A stretch of 62,693 nt of DNA, counting the filler, from Nitrospinota bacterium (GTDB lineage: Bacteria > JAUXIQ01): NCBI GenBank assembly GCA_030620925.1. It is 13 parts of 13 records of this genome, joined end to end, with 100 filler letters (N's around TTAATTAATTAA, not from the genome) between each part and the next. Parts side by side here need not be neighbours in the genome. Positions count along the whole stretch, not along the records: positions 36,701 to 41,343 come from JAUXIQ010000211.1; positions 41,444 to 45,241 come from JAUXIQ010000282.1; positions 45,342 to 51,792 come from JAUXIQ010000121.1; 10 more parts are not named here. One strand, 5' to 3'. Below, piece after piece: positions 38,367 to 49,060 of this stretch. The translations under genes and the position numbers were made by a program. The number at the start of each line of letters is the position of its first letter. The first letter of the stretch is position 1. The notes under the pieces are model-generated. The model saw only the letters and a list, made by a program, of their open reading frames with translations, did not search any database and was not told the origin of the DNA.

Positions 38367-39662
38367 ATGGGAAGGGTCTATATTGAGGATATAGGAGCTC
38401 ATCAGGAGCGGGAAGTCACCATATGCGGCTGGCTTTACAACAAGCGCTCCAGCGGGAAGGTGCGTTTCCTGATGATCCGGGACGGCACGGGCGTCATCCA
38501 GGGGGTCATGTCCAAGTCCGATGTGGATGAAGAGACCTTCTCACTCCACGAACAGCTCACCCAGGAATCCTCCATCATAGTCACCGGAAAAGTGAGGGCC
38601 GACGACAGGGCTCCCGGCGGGTATGAACTGATAATAAACGGTATAGAGCTGGTGCACCTGGCCGAATCCTACCCCATCACCCCCAAGGAACACGGCACGG
38701 GTTTCCTCATGGACCACCGCCATCTGTGGCTCAGGTCCTCCAGGCAGAATGCCGTCCTGCGGGTGCGCAGCACGGTGGTGAAAGCCATCCGCGATTTTTT
38801 CGACGATCGCGGCTTCATCCTCATGGATGCCCCCATATTCACCCCCTCCGCCTGCGAGGGCACCTCCACTCTGTTCGAGACGGACTATTTCGAAGGGAAG
38901 AAAGCCTATCTTTCCCAGAGCGGCCAGCTCTACGCCGAGGCCGGCGCCATGGCTTTCGGCAAAGTGTATACCTTCGGGCCCACTTTCAGAGCCGAGAAGT
39001 CAAAGACCAGACGCCACCTTACCGAGTTCTGGATGGTGGAACCCGAGGTGGCCTACGCCGACCTGAACGATATTATGGACCTCGCCGAGGAGATGGTAGA
39101 ACATATCGTGGGGCGGGTGTTGGAAACCCGGGGAAATGAATTGAAAGTCCTGGAGCGGGACACCTCGAAGCTGGAGGGGATAAAGAGGCCGTTCCCCCGA
39201 ATAAGCTACTCCCAGGCACTGGAGATGCGCAAGGAGAAGGAGGTCCACGTCCAGTGGGGCGAGGATTTCGGCGGAGAGGAGGAGACGGTCATCTCGGAGA
39301 TGCACGACTTACCGGTGATGATCCACCGCTATCCGGGCCAGTGCAAGGCATTTTACATGAAGGCGGACCCTGAAGACCAGCGCCTGGCCCTGTGCGTGGA
39401 CATGATAGCCCCCGAAGGTTATGGAGAGATCGTGGGAGGCTCCCAGAGGGAGGACCATCTGGAGACGTTGAGAAAGCGCGTGGCGGAGCACGACCTGCCG
39501 GAAGAGAGCTTCAGGTGGTATATCGATCTCCGGAGATACGGCTCCGTGCCCCATTCCGGCTACGGCCTCGGCGTGGAGAGGACGGTGGCCTGGATGTGCG
39601 GGATACCCCACGTGCGCGAGGCGATTCCTTTCCCAAGAACGCTTTACAGGCTCTATCCCTGA
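38367..39662 (+). CDS. asnS: Asparagine--tRNA ligase
   Basis: [49 protein letters not shown] and [11 protein letters not shown] motifs. The real start is probably MGRVYIE at 38367. Confidence 0.96.
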   Translation: MGRVYIEDIGAHQEREVTICGWLYNKRSSGKVRFLMIRDGTGVIQGVMSKSDVDEETFSLHEQLTQESSIIVTGKVRADDRAPGGYELIINGIELVHLAESYPITPKEHGTGFLMDHRHLWLRSSRQNAVLRVRSTVVKAIRDFFDDRGFILMDAPIFTPSACEGTSTLFETDYFEGKKAYLSQSGQLYAEAGAMAFGKVYTFGPTFRAEKSKTRRHLTEFWMVEPEVAYADLNDIMDLAEEMVEHIVGRVLETRGNELKVLERDTSKLEGIKRPFPRISYSQALEMRKEKEVHVQWGEDFGGEEETVISEMHDLPVMIHRYPGQCKAFYMKADPEDQRLALCVDMIAPEGYGEIVGGSQREDHLETLRKRVAEHDLPEESFRWYIDLRRYGSVPHSGYGLGVERTVAWMCGIPHVREAIPFPRTLYRLYP

Positions 39663-39748
39663 CCGCCACGGTCGGGAACCATGATGCAAGATGCACGATG
39701 CAGGATGATACCGGGCCCTGCATTGTTGATAAGAAGGAGGGCTGCAAT

Positions 39749-40762
39749 ATGCCGGTCAGGATAGGAATAAACGGGTTCGGCCGCATCGGCAGGCTTCTGC
39801 TCAGGGCCAGCCTGGACAATCCGGACATACAGGTAATGGCTATTAACGACCTTGCGGATTCAGAGACCCTGGCCTACCTTTTTCATTACGATTCCACGCA
39901 TGGAAGGTGCGAAGTGCCGGTGGAGGCTTTTCAGGACAGCATCATGATCAATAACTGGAGGATATCCCTCTCCGGTTTCAAGGACCCGGCGGAGATAAAC
40001 TGGTCGGACAACGGGGCGGACATCGTGATAGAGTCCACGGGCGCCTTCCGCTCCCGTGAAAGGGCCGCCAGGCACCTGGAGGCCAGCGCTCGGAAGGTCG
40101 TCATCAGCGCTCCCTCCGATGATGCCGACGCTACTTTTGTCTACGGCGTGAACGAAAAGAGTTACGACCCGCAGAATCATAATGTGGTCTCCAACGCCTC
40201 CTGCACAACCAACGCCCTGGCGCCGGTGGCCAAAGTTCTCCACGATAAGTTCGGCGTGGTCAAGGGGTTCATGACCACCGTCCACGGATACACCACCAGC
40301 CAAGCCCTGTTGGACACCCCCACCCGCAAGATGCGCAGAAGCAGGGCAGCAGCACTTAACATAGTCCCCACCACCACCGGTGCGGCGGTAGCAGTGGGAA
40401 GGGTGCTGCCCGAGTTGAGCGGAAAGCTGGACGGCATGTCTCTCAGGACGCCTAACCCGGACGGGTCCATACTTGATCTCACCGCCCTCCTGCAGCGTGA
40501 AGTCTCCCCCGAGGAGATCAACGCCGCTTTTGATGAGGCCGCCGACAAAGGGTTGAAGGGTATCCTCAGGGTATCCCGGGAGCATCTGGTCTCCACAGAC
40601 ATTCTGAGAGACCCTCACTCGTCCATCGTAGACGCAGAGCTCACCATGGCCATGGGGGATCTGGTGAAAGTCATGGTCTGGTACGACAACGAGTGGGGCT
40701 ACGCATGCAGACTTATAGATATTGCAATATACATCGGGCGTGAGTCCGGCCTGAACCACTAG
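39749..40762 (+). CDS. gap: Glyceraldehyde-3-phosphate dehydrogenase, type I
   Basis: AAGGAGG RBS; GINGFGRIGR, SNASCTTN, PTTTGAA and WYDNEWGY motifs. Confidence 0.95.
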   Translation: MPVRIGINGFGRIGRLLLRASLDNPDIQVMAINDLADSETLAYLFHYDSTHGRCEVPVEAFQDSIMINNWRISLSGFKDPAEINWSDNGADIVIESTGAFRSRERAARHLEASARKVVISAPSDDADATFVYGVNEKSYDPQNHNVVSNASCTTNALAPVAKVLHDKFGVVKGFMTTVHGYTTSQALLDTPTRKMRRSRAAALNIVPTTTGAAVAVGRVLPELSGKLDGMSLRTPNPDGSILDLTALLQREVSPEEINAAFDEAADKGLKGILRVSREHLVSTDILRDPHSSIVDAELTMAMGDLVKVMVWYDNEWGYACRLIDIAIYIGRESGLNH

Positions 40763-40899
40763 AACCTTGACGGACAAGAGGACGTACTGGTACCCTGACG
40801 TTTCTAAGCGGCGTTATCTGCTGCGCTTAATGGTACTCCGCGTCCGCTGAAAAATCATCCCGAAAAAACCGTTTTTTCCACGAGCAGTGGAGGGGGAAA

Positions 40900-41343
40900 A
40901 TGGAAGAGAAGATCATCGAAAAACCCGCCCTCAAGAAAATGCCCTTCAAGCCTAACCTTACCCACTATGACAAAATGAGAAAGAAGTTCAAATGGGAAGA
41001 CGTCCATAAGGAGCTGGACTGGCTCGACGGCTCACTGAACGCGGCCTACGAATGCATCGACCGGCACACCAGGACTCATCGCAAGGACAAAGTGGCCCTT
41101 TACTGGGAAGGCAAAGACGGGGCCACCGAACAGTATACCTTCGCCGACCTCAAGGAACATACCGACCGCTTCGCCAACGTCCTGAAGGGCCTGGGAGTGA
41201 GCAAGGGGGACAGGGTGTTCGTGTTTCTGGAGAGGGTCCCTGAAATTTTCATATCCCTCTTCGGGACCCTCAAGCTGGGAGCGGTGGTAGGTCCCCTCTT
41301 CTCGGCCTTCGGCCCCGAAGCCTTAAAGGACCGCCTGCTGGAC
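40900..41343 (+). CDS. acsA: Acetate--CoA ligase (C-truncated)
   Basis: PNLTHYD, LNAAYECIDRH, KGDRVFVF and PLFSAFGPEALKDRL motifs. Confidence 0.85.
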
Positions 41344-41443
41344 NNNNNNNNNNNNNNNNNNNNNNNNNNNNNNNNNNNNNNNNNNNNTTAATTAATTAAN
41401 NNNNNNNNNNNNNNNNNNNNNNNNNNNNNNNNNNNNNNNNNNN

Positions 41444-42085
41444 GGATGGATCATTGAGGTGGCGCTGCTTAGGCGGATATATAAGAGCGAACACCTCCAG
41501 CAGCTCATCCTCACTTTCGGTCTCATCCTCGTCATTGGCACCCTGGTGCTTATCATCTGGGGGCCGGAGAACTTGAGCTTGCCCCGGCCCAAGGCCCTGG
41601 CAGGTTCAATAAGCGTTCTGGGCCAGCCCTTCCCCTCTTACAACCTGCTGGTGCTGATAATCTGCCCGATTATAGCGCTGGGGTTGTGGCTCATCTTCTA
41701 CAAAACCCGCTGGGGGATGCTCATCCGCGCCGCCACCATGGACACCGAAATGCTGGCCGCCCTGGGGGTTGACGTGTCCAAGATTTTCACCCAGGTCTTC
41801 TGTTTCGGGAGTGGGTTGGCGGGATTCGCAGGGGCCCTGGCGGCGCCCATCGTGGCCGTGGCCCTGGGCATGGATTTCGAAGCTCTCATCAACGCCTTTG
41901 TGGTGGTGGTGATAGGTGGAATGGGCAGTTTCGCAGGGAGCCTCATCAGCGGACTCATGGTGGGTGAACTACAGTCTTTCGGCATCCTGATTTTCCCTGA
42001 AATCTCCATCGTTTTGATGTTCGCGATCATGGCGGTGGTGCTCATCGTGCGGCCCTGGGGCCTGCTGGGCCAGCCCGAGGAATAG
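41444..42085 (+). CDS. Branched-chain amino acid ABC permease, LivH-like (N-truncated)
   Basis: TRWGMLIRA, AFVVVVIGGMGS and RPWGLLG motifs. Confidence 0.93.
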   Translation, partial: GWIIEVALLRRIYKSEHLQQLILTFGLILVIGTLVLIIWGPENLSLPRPKALAGSISVLGQPFPSYNLLVLIICPIIALGLWLIFYKTRWGMLIRAATMDTEMLAALGVDVSKIFTQVFCFGSGLAGFAGALAAPIVAVALGMDFEALINAFVVVVIGGMGSFAGSLISGLMVGELQSFGILIFPEISIVLMFAIMAVVLIVRPWGLLGQPEE

Positions 42086-42112
42086 CGTTATGAAGGAAAT
42101 GGTGTTTAAGTA

Positions 42113-43069
42113 ATGCAACAAAAAAAGCACAAAGCGGGGCATCTGATATTGTTGATAATAATATTGCTGACTGTCCTGCTGCTGTTACCTCACATCATCC
42201 CCTTCTTTTTTATCCTAGTGGCAACCGAAATCGCCATCCTCGCCCTCTTTGCGGCGGCCTTCAACCTTCTTCTGGGCTCCGGGGGTATGCTCTCCTTCGG
42301 CCACGCCGCATATTTCGCACTGGGGGCTTATGGTTCCGCATTGCTGTTCAAAAAGGCGGGGGTGCCCATGGTTCTGACTGTAGCTGCGGGGCCCCTCTTC
42401 GCCGCCGCCGGGGCGCTGCTCTTCGGGTTCTTCATTGTGCGGCTGACGACTGTCTATTTCGCAATGCTCTCCCTTGCCTTCGCTCAGATTGTGTATACCA
42501 TCATCTTCAAATGGTACGGTTTCACCGGGGGGGATAACGGCCTCCTGGGCATCTGGCCCACCTCGTTTCTCAAGTCGCCGGTGGCCTATTATTACTTCAC
42601 CATGGCGGTGGTGGGGCTGAGCGTCCTGGCCTTATACGCCATCATCAACTCCCCCTTCGGCTACGCCCTGAAAGCCATCCGGGAAAATCCCCGGCGCGCA
42701 CGATTTATCGGGGTGAACGTCAAGCGGCATCAGCACATGGCGTTCGTGCTGTCAGGCTTCTTTTCCGGCATCGCAGGCTCCCTCTTCGCTTTTTTCAACG
42801 GCAGCGTCTTCCCGGATTACGCCTTTTTTAACAAATCTTTTGAGCCTTTGATAGTGGTGATCATGGGCGGCACCCAGTTCTTTCTGGGGCCTCTGGTGGG
42901 AGCAGTGGGGTACAAGCTGCTGGAGACCTTCATCTCCGGCCGGTGGCCCGTATACTGGCCACTGTTCATGGGTTCCATCGTCATAACCGTGATTCTCGTT
43001 TCACCCCAGGGGTTTATGGGTTTTCTGGAGAGATTGCTATGGGGAAGGAAATTGAGGAGCAGGACGTAG
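42113..43069 (+). CDS. Branched-chain amino acid ABC permease, LivM-like
   Basis: SFGHAAYF, YFAMLSLAFAQ, TGGDNG and SPFG..LKAIREN motifs. Confidence 0.94.
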   Translation: MQQKKHKAGHLILLIIILLTVLLLLPHIIPFFFILVATEIAILALFAAAFNLLLGSGGMLSFGHAAYFALGAYGSALLFKKAGVPMVLTVAAGPLFAAAGALLFGFFIVRLTTVYFAMLSLAFAQIVYTIIFKWYGFTGGDNGLLGIWPTSFLKSPVAYYYFTMAVVGLSVLALYAIINSPFGYALKAIRENPRRARFIGVNVKRHQHMAFVLSGFFSGIAGSLFAFFNGSVFPDYAFFNKSFEPLIVVIMGGTQFFLGPLVGAVGYKLLETFISGRWPVYWPLFMGSIVITVILVSPQGFMGFLERLLWGRKLRSRT

Positions 43070-43806
43070 CCCTGCGGATTAAGGCCCTTACCAAACATTT
43101 CGGCGGGGTCATGGCGGTGTACGGGGTCGATATGGAGATCGCACAGGGCGATATTCGGGCTATTATCGGACCCAACGGGGCCGGTAAGACCACCCTCTTT
43201 AACCTCATCACGGGTGACCTCAGCAAGAATCAGGGGCGGGTCCATTTCAGAGGGCAGGATATAAGCCGGATGCCGCCCTACAAAATATATCGCTGCGGCA
43301 TCAGCCGCACCTTCCAGATCACCAGCATCTTCCTCCGCCTGACCCCGCTGGAGAACGTGCAGACCGCCCTGCTGAGCCACCACCGAAGACACTATAATAT
43401 CTTCACTCCAGCCAAGAGCATCTACCGCCAGGAGGCCCTGGATATCCTGGAGCGTGTGAGTTTGAAGGAGCAGGTTCTCAAACCGAGCAGTATCATGTCT
43501 CATGGGGATCAGCGGCGGTTGGAGCTTGCCATCGCTCTGGTCAGCGAGCCGCAGCTGCTCATGCTTGACGAGCCTACGGCGGGGATGGCCCCTCAGGAGC
43601 GTCGTGAGACTATGGAGCTGGTGGCGCGCATCGGCGAAGAAGAGGGGTTGACCATCCTTTTTACCGAACACGATATGGATGTAGTCTTTGCGGTATCCAA
43701 ACGCATCACGGTTATGCACCAGGGGCGCATCATCTTTGAAGGGAAACCGCAAGAGGTGCGGGCCAACCGGGAAGTGCAACGCGTCTACCTGGGGGAAGAC
43801 GGGTAA
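43039..43806 (+). CDS. ABC ATPase, LivG-like
   Basis: GPNGAGKTT, RTFQ, LDEPTAG and EHDMD motifs; likely start MGKEIE at 43039. Confidence 0.94.
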   Translation: MGKEIEEQDVALRIKALTKHFGGVMAVYGVDMEIAQGDIRAIIGPNGAGKTTLFNLITGDLSKNQGRVHFRGQDISRMPPYKIYRCGISRTFQITSIFLRLTPLENVQTALLSHHRRHYNIFTPAKSIYRQEALDILERVSLKEQVLKPSSIMSHGDQRRLELAIALVSEPQLLMLDEPTAGMAPQERRETMELVARIGEEEGLTILFTEHDMDVVFAVSKRITVMHQGRIIFEGKPQEVRANREVQRVYLGEDG

Positions 43807-43842
43807 CAGAAGCAGGGACGATGAGAAGAGGCGGAGGCGCTT

Positions 43843-44553
43843 ATGGCCCTATTAGAAGTGCGGAACATAAACACCTACTATGGTGAAAGCCACATTCTTT
43901 TTGACGTTTCCATGGAAGTGAATGAAGGTCAGGTGGTCTGCCTGTTGGGGCGCAACGGTGCAGGCAAGAGCACTACCATGCGCAGCATCGTGGGAATGGC
44001 GCCACCCCGCTCCGGAAGTATAACTTTTCGTGGAACAGAGCTGGCGAACATGTCTTCCTTCGCCATCGCCCGACTGGGATTGGGCTATGTGCCTGAGGAC
44101 CGTCGCATCTTCCCGAACCTCTCGGTGCGGGAGAACCTGGAGGTGGGACGGAAGATGGGGAAAGAAGTGCAGAACATGGTATGGACCGTAGAGAAGGTCT
44201 TCGAGCTCTTCCCGGTACTGCGGGAAATAATTCACCGGAAGGGAGGCCATCTTAGTGGCGGCGAACAGCAGATGCTGAGCATCGCCCGAACCCTTATGGG
44301 GAACCCGGGGTTGCTCCTCCTGGACGAGCCTTCCGAAGGTCTGGCCCCCGCGGTGGTGAAGATGCTGAAGGAACAGTTGAAGAAGTTACAGGAGGGAGGC
44401 ATCACTATAATATTAGCAGAGCAGAACTTACGCTTCGTCAGGGGCCTGGGGGACCGTGTATATATCCTGGAGAAAGGGATGGTGCGCTACCAGGGGACGA
44501 TGCAGAAATTTCTGGCCGACGAAGAGATACGGCACGCCTACCTGGCGGTGTAG
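43843..44553 (+). CDS. ABC ATPase, LivF-like
   Basis: GRNGAGKST, LSGGEQQML, LDEPSEGL and EQN motifs. Confidence 0.95.
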   Translation: MALLEVRNINTYYGESHILFDVSMEVNEGQVVCLLGRNGAGKSTTMRSIVGMAPPRSGSITFRGTELANMSSFAIARLGLGYVPEDRRIFPNLSVRENLEVGRKMGKEVQNMVWTVEKVFELFPVLREIIHRKGGHLSGGEQQMLSIARTLMGNPGLLLLDEPSEGLAPAVVKMLKEQLKKLQEGGITIILAEQNLRFVRGLGDRVYILEKGMVRYQGTMQKFLADEEIRHAYLAV

Positions 44554-44647
44554 GGCATGCAAGAGTGCGTTCTGGGGGAGTAAGTTTCTGCTTTCAACGA
44601 ATACGATGGAGGTTCAAAATTTTCTGGAGTTTTTCCCTAAAAGTCTG

Positions 44648-45241
44648 TTAACCAGATCCCCCGTATTTTTCTCTCAGGTCGTTCTTGGTGATCTTTCCGA
44701 AAGTATTGTGCGGCAGCTCCTCCCGGAAATAGACCTTTTTTGGGCACTTGTACTTGGCAAGCAGCGACTGGCAATGGTTAATCACCTCTTCTTCGGTGAG
44801 AGACTGGCCGTCCTTCAATGCCACTACAGCAACAACTGACTCTCCCCACTTCGAGTCGGGGACACCTATCACGGCGTTCTCAAATACCTGGGGAAGGTTG
44901 TAAACGACGTTCTCGACCTCTGCCGCGTAAATATTCTCCCCCCCGCTGATGATCATATCCTTCTTCCTGTCCACGATGTAGAGGAAACCCTCCGCGTCAA
45001 ATTTTCCCACGTCGCCGGTTCGCATCCAACCGTCTCTCAGAAGCTCCTCCGTCTTTTCCGGCGCGTTCCAGTATTCATTTATAACCATGGGGGAGCGGCA
45101 CACTATCTCCCCTTCATTGTCAGGCGGCAGTTCCCGGTTCTCTTCGTCCACTACTCTCACTTCCACGCTGGGTGTGGGTATGCCCACACACGCGGCTTCC
45201 TTCCTTAACAGGTCCTCGAAGGGGAGTGCGGCGATGGACCC
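44648..45241 (-). CDS. Acyl-CoA synthetase/AMP-binding enzyme, C-terminal part
   Basis: GWMRTGDVG, IVDRKKDMIISGGENIY, GVPDSKWGE and GKI.K motifs. Confidence 0.93.
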   Translation of the reverse strand, partial: GSIAALPFEDLLRKEAACVGIPTPSVEVRVVDEENRELPPDNEGEIVCRSPMVINEYWNAPEKTEELLRDGWMRTGDVGKFDAEGFLYIVDRKKDMIISGGENIYAAEVENVVYNLPQVFENAVIGVPDSKWGESVVAVVALKDGQSLTEEEVINHCQSLLAKYKCPKKVYFREELPHNTFGKITKNDLREKYGGSG

Positions 45242-45537
45242 NNNNNNNNNNNNNNNNNNNNNNNNNNNNNNNNNNNNNNNNNNNNTTAATTAATTAANNN
45301 NNNNNNNNNNNNNNNNNNNNNNNNNNNNNNNNNNNNNNNNNAACCAAAATGCTCTATTTGCAAGTGAAATAACCGACCGGTTGCCGGAGGACTTCATCAA
45401 AGTTTCACCACAAACCCTCTTAAACGTTTTGAAAAATTGCCCGAACCATGTCTTCCGGTGATACCTGGAAGATGCTCCCACGGAACAGCGACCGCGCAGA
45501 GACCGACGCAGGGCGTGAGACGCTTCCAGCCGCCGAC

Positions 45538-46602
45538 TCACAACTCGTAGGTGTGGTACTCGTTCCGGCAGGGGTTCCCCACAGCCACGTGCATGAAGCC
45601 CGAAGCAGGCCGGGAAATCATAGAAGAGATGGTCTTCAAGGTGGCCGACTCCGCCTCAGGGTCACTCAACTGATGTAGACAAATGGATTGAGGGTAGTTG
45701 TGGTGATCCTTGAGAATCTCCATCATGGTCTCCACGGAGAGGGAGCCGCTGTGCTCTGTGAGCAGCTCTTTCATGCGTTTTGCTCTTATGGCCGTATCGG
45801 GATGCTCCGGCAGTAACTTGTCGTGCTCCATAAGCTCGGGGATCAAGTAATCATTGGCGTGGGCCAGGAAACCGTTTTCAGGGCGCAACACGCCGTCCCC
45901 CTCCACCAGCGTCTCCACATCGGCGATGACACCCGAGGCATGGGCCAGCACGTAGTTGCACGAAGAAGCCCGCCGGGCACGTCTGAGCTCGCTGATCGCC
46001 GCATCAACGCTCTCCTGTTCCAGCATCCTCCGGAAAAGGACGTAGCGCGGAACACCCTCGCGCCAGCCTCCTGAGTCCAGCGCGTTGACGGCCCAGCCCA
46101 GGCCGTAGGAGTTTATCCCGTTGTGCCCTAAGCTTCCGGCCAGCGTGCAGCAGAGCATCCGCGGGCCGTCCTTGGGAGCCATATGCAGCATGATTCCCTG
46201 ATCCTGGAAGCTTTCCGTCAGGTCTTGGTTCTGGCCCACCAGGACCTCCCCTTCTATAGTCTCTTTCCCCAATATCGCGTAGCTGGTGCACTCCTGCCCG
46301 CCGGTTACGGGCTGGGTAAACTCCCCTCTGACCTGAAGCATCAATATTTCTTCGAACGAGACGGCCGACCCCTCGGCTATGCCCTTCATTTCCTGATAGA
46401 GATGAGGCGCGAATTCTTCTATATATTTGTCGTAGGCCAGGGCTTGCTGGATAACCTCTTCACGAGACCACCCCTTGAGCTCCTTTGTCTCCGAATACAT
46501 GGCCTCCACAAAGTGACGGATGCCCTGACAGCAGAGCTCGCCGTGCTGACGGCCCATCTCATAGTTTGTGCCGCTGACTTCTATCAAAGGGAATTTATCC
46601 AT
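45538..46602 (-). CDS. Peptidase C45 family (autoproteolytic Ntn acyltransferase/hydrolase)
   Basis: YEMGRQHG, ECTS nucleophile, GQNQD, GINSYGL, AHAND and SICLH motifs. Confidence 0.9.
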   Translation of the reverse strand: MDKFPLIEVSGTNYEMGRQHGELCCQGIRHFVEAMYSETKELKGWSREEVIQQALAYDKYIEEFAPHLYQEMKGIAEGSAVSFEEILMLQVRGEFTQPVTGGQECTSYAILGKETIEGEVLVGQNQDLTESFQDQGIMLHMAPKDGPRMLCCTLAGSLGHNGINSYGLGWAVNALDSGGWREGVPRYVLFRRMLEQESVDAAISELRRARRASSCNYVLAHASGVIADVETLVEGDGVLRPENGFLAHANDYLIPELMEHDKLLPEHPDTAIRAKRMKELLTEHSGSLSVETMMEILKDHHNYPQSICLHQLSDPEAESATLKTISSMISRPASGFMHVAVGNPCRNEYHTYEL

Positions 46603-46754
46603 TTCCGTCTCCCCACTGGATAGTGAACTATAAATTTGTTTATTACATTATAACAGTTTCAGCCATCGCTGCGCTCTGATCGTTGACTTCAACGCTATTG
46701 CCAGACCCCCCTTCCGCTCCTTATATGTTCAGAGGGCCATAGGGCTCACGGGTT

Positions 46755-48380
46755 TTAACTTATAGCCCGACCGAAGTAGGAGGAGATTATCTTTTCGTTG
46801 TCCGTGAGGTTTTCCGCCCAATCTTCAAGCACTATTTCTCCCTGCCTCAGTATATATACGTATTGGGATATGCTCAGTGCGATATCCACGTTTTGCTCAA
46901 CGATGAACAGTGTTGTGCCGTTCCTGTTAATTTCCACCAGTTTCTCAAAAATCTCTTCTACCAGGGCCGGGGCTAAACTCGCCGACGGTTCGTCCATGAG
47001 GAGCATGCTGGGATCGGACATCAGCGCCCTGCCGATGGCCAGCATCTGCTGCTCCCCTCCGCTCATGCTGATGGCTAGCTGCTTCCGGCGTTCTTTGAGG
47101 CGCGGGAAATAGGTGTAGACGCGCTGGTAGTCCTCCACGATGCCCTTCTTATCACGCCGTCTGTAAGCACCCATCGCCAGGTTTTCTCCGACGTTGAGAT
47201 AAGGGAAGACCTCCCTGTGTTGAGGCACCTGGACGATGCCCATATTCACAATCTTGTGAGGGTGCTTGCGAGGGAGGCTTCTGCCGTTATATTCCATGCT
47301 CCCCTTCTTGACGCTAACCAAACCTGAGATGGCATTAAGGGTCGTGCTTTTGCCGGAGCCGTTTCCCCCCAGCAGGGCCACGATACCACCCTGCGGCACT
47401 TTAATAGATACGTTGCGCAGCACCTGCAGCTTGCCGTAATAGGCGTCTATGCCCCGCACCTTGAGGCCGATGAAGCCGTTCGTTTCTTCCTCCGTTCCCT
47501 CCAACGGAGGCTTTCCCGACCCGGCGGACGCGCCTACCAATGAGTTTGCACTACGGTCCATGGTTTCCCCTACCTTGACCGCTCTTTCAGGCGCAGGCGC
47601 CCTGCCGAAGGCCTCCTTTGTGCCTCTGCCCAAATAGACGTCGATCACCTTGCGGTCGTCCTGGACCTCCTCCGGCCTCCCTTCGGAGAGGACCTGTCCG
47701 AAGTTGAGGACGGTTACACGGTCGGCGATGTCCATGACCAGCTTGGTCATGTGTTCCACCACTATGACGGCAAGGTTCCTCTGCTCCCGGTAATTGAAGA
47801 GGATATCCACAAACTGTCTGATCATTACCGGGCTCAGGCCGGCGGCCGGCTCATCGAGCAAAAGGAGCTTAGGGTCGAACACCAGCGCCCTGCCAAGCTC
47901 CAGAAGTTTCTGCTGTCCGAAAGAAAGGTCTCGGGCCAGGCGTCTGTGATAGCGATCCAGGCCGATAAGCTCGAGCATCTCCATGGCCCTCTCCAGGCAC
48001 TCCTGCTCCAGACGACGGAAGCGTCGCCCGAAAAAAGCGGCGGAGAAGATATTGTATTTCTGATGATAGGTTTGGGAGACCATGAGGTTTTGCAGGACGG
48101 TCATGTTGGTGAACAGTTCCAGATTCTGAAAGGTCCTTCCCACACCTTGCTCGGCCAGGTGATGAGGCTTGCATTTGAGCAGGTTTTTGCCGTCCAGGAA
48201 GATCGTCCCACCGTTCGGGTTATAGATACGGGAGACTATATTCAACAGGGTTGACTTCCCGGAGCCGTTAGGGCCGATAAGACCGCGAATTTCGCCCCCC
48301 TGAACATGCATGTTCACACTATCCAGAGCTTTCAGTCCGCCGAACCTGATGGAGAGGTTTTCTATATCTAGCAGAGGCAC
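46755..48380 (-). CDS. Fused LivG-LivF double ABC ATPase
   Basis: Two ABC cassettes (GPNGSGKST...LDEPAAG...EH and GGNGSGKST...MSGGEQQML...MDEPS...EQN) joined by a linker. Confidence 0.9.
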   Translation of the reverse strand: MPLLDIENLSIRFGGLKALDSVNMHVQGGEIRGLIGPNGSGKSTLLNIVSRIYNPNGGTIFLDGKNLLKCKPHHLAEQGVGRTFQNLELFTNMTVLQNLMVSQTYHQKYNIFSAAFFGRRFRRLEQECLERAMEMLELIGLDRYHRRLARDLSFGQQKLLELGRALVFDPKLLLLDEPAAGLSPVMIRQFVDILFNYREQRNLAVIVVEHMTKLVMDIADRVTVLNFGQVLSEGRPEEVQDDRKVIDVYLGRGTKEAFGRAPAPERAVKVGETMDRSANSLVGASAGSGKPPLEGTEEETNGFIGLKVRGIDAYYGKLQVLRNVSIKVPQGGIVALLGGNGSGKSTTLNAISGLVSVKKGSMEYNGRSLPRKHPHKIVNMGIVQVPQHREVFPYLNVGENLAMGAYRRRDKKGIVEDYQRVYTYFPRLKERRKQLAISMSGGEQQMLAIGRALMSDPSMLLMDEPSASLAPALVEEIFEKLVEINRNGTTLFIVEQNVDIALSISQYVYILRQGEIVLEDWAENLTDNEKIISSYFGRAIS

Positions 48381-48429
48381 ATTAATTTCCCTTATTACAA
48401 ATAGTTTTATGGGTGGATCTGGAAGCCCT

Positions 48430-48990
48430 CTAATTCGCGTAGTTGTAGCCTGCGGAAAGGGCCTCCTGGTTGATGGTAAGGAAGCCGTCCTTTAAGACCG
48501 CTTCTTTGCTCTTGGTCATGGCGCTCGCCACCAACTCCAGGGGCAAAGCGCCGCTCAATTTGAGGTACTTGCCCAGAAGAACCAGGTTGGTTATCTTTAT
48601 GGTGAGGATGGATTGGGCCATCTCGCTGGCGGGAACGGCTATTACTTCAATGTCTTCTCGCCCCACCATCTCCGGGGACACCATACAGCTATCTATGATC
48701 AGCGTCCCCCCCGGCATCAGGCAGTCCCGGTATAAATCCATGGCCACAGGGTCCATGATGACCAGTGTCCGCGGCCGGGCGACGAGCGGTGAAAGGATAT
48801 TCTCATCGGAGAGGATGACGTAACAGACCACTCGCCCTCCACGGGTATATGTGTCGTAAGAGGGGAGCCAGGAAACATGCTTATAGACGTTCGATCCCGC
48901 CTTGATCATCAGGTCCCCCATGGTAAGGACACCCTGCCCCCCGTAGCCTGCAATCACAAGCTCCATGGTCTCTTTTTCTTCTTCAGCCAT
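48430..48990 (-). CDS. 2-oxoacid:ferredoxin oxidoreductase gamma subunit
   Basis: IAGYGGQG, WLPSY...RGG and TNLVLLG motifs. Confidence 0.92.
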   Translation of the reverse strand: MAEEEKETMELVIAGYGGQGVLTMGDLMIKAGSNVYKHVSWLPSYDTYTRGGRVVCYVILSDENILSPLVARPRTLVIMDPVAMDLYRDCLMPGGTLIIDSCMVSPEMVGREDIEVIAVPASEMAQSILTIKITNLVLLGKYLKLSGALPLELVASAMTKSKEAVLKDGFLTINQEALSAGYNYAN

Positions 48991-49060
48991 ATTTCCTTCC
49001 CCCCTTAAGGGGCAATTTTAAATCAGACTTTAAGTATACTGCGCCCTGCATCGTGCATCA

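Noticed and set aside
39749-40762. GAPDH as erythrose-4-phosphate dehydrogenase or an inactive variant
   Set aside because: The catalytic SCTTN and His are intact, and the HGYTTSQ variation is within the normal GAPDH range.
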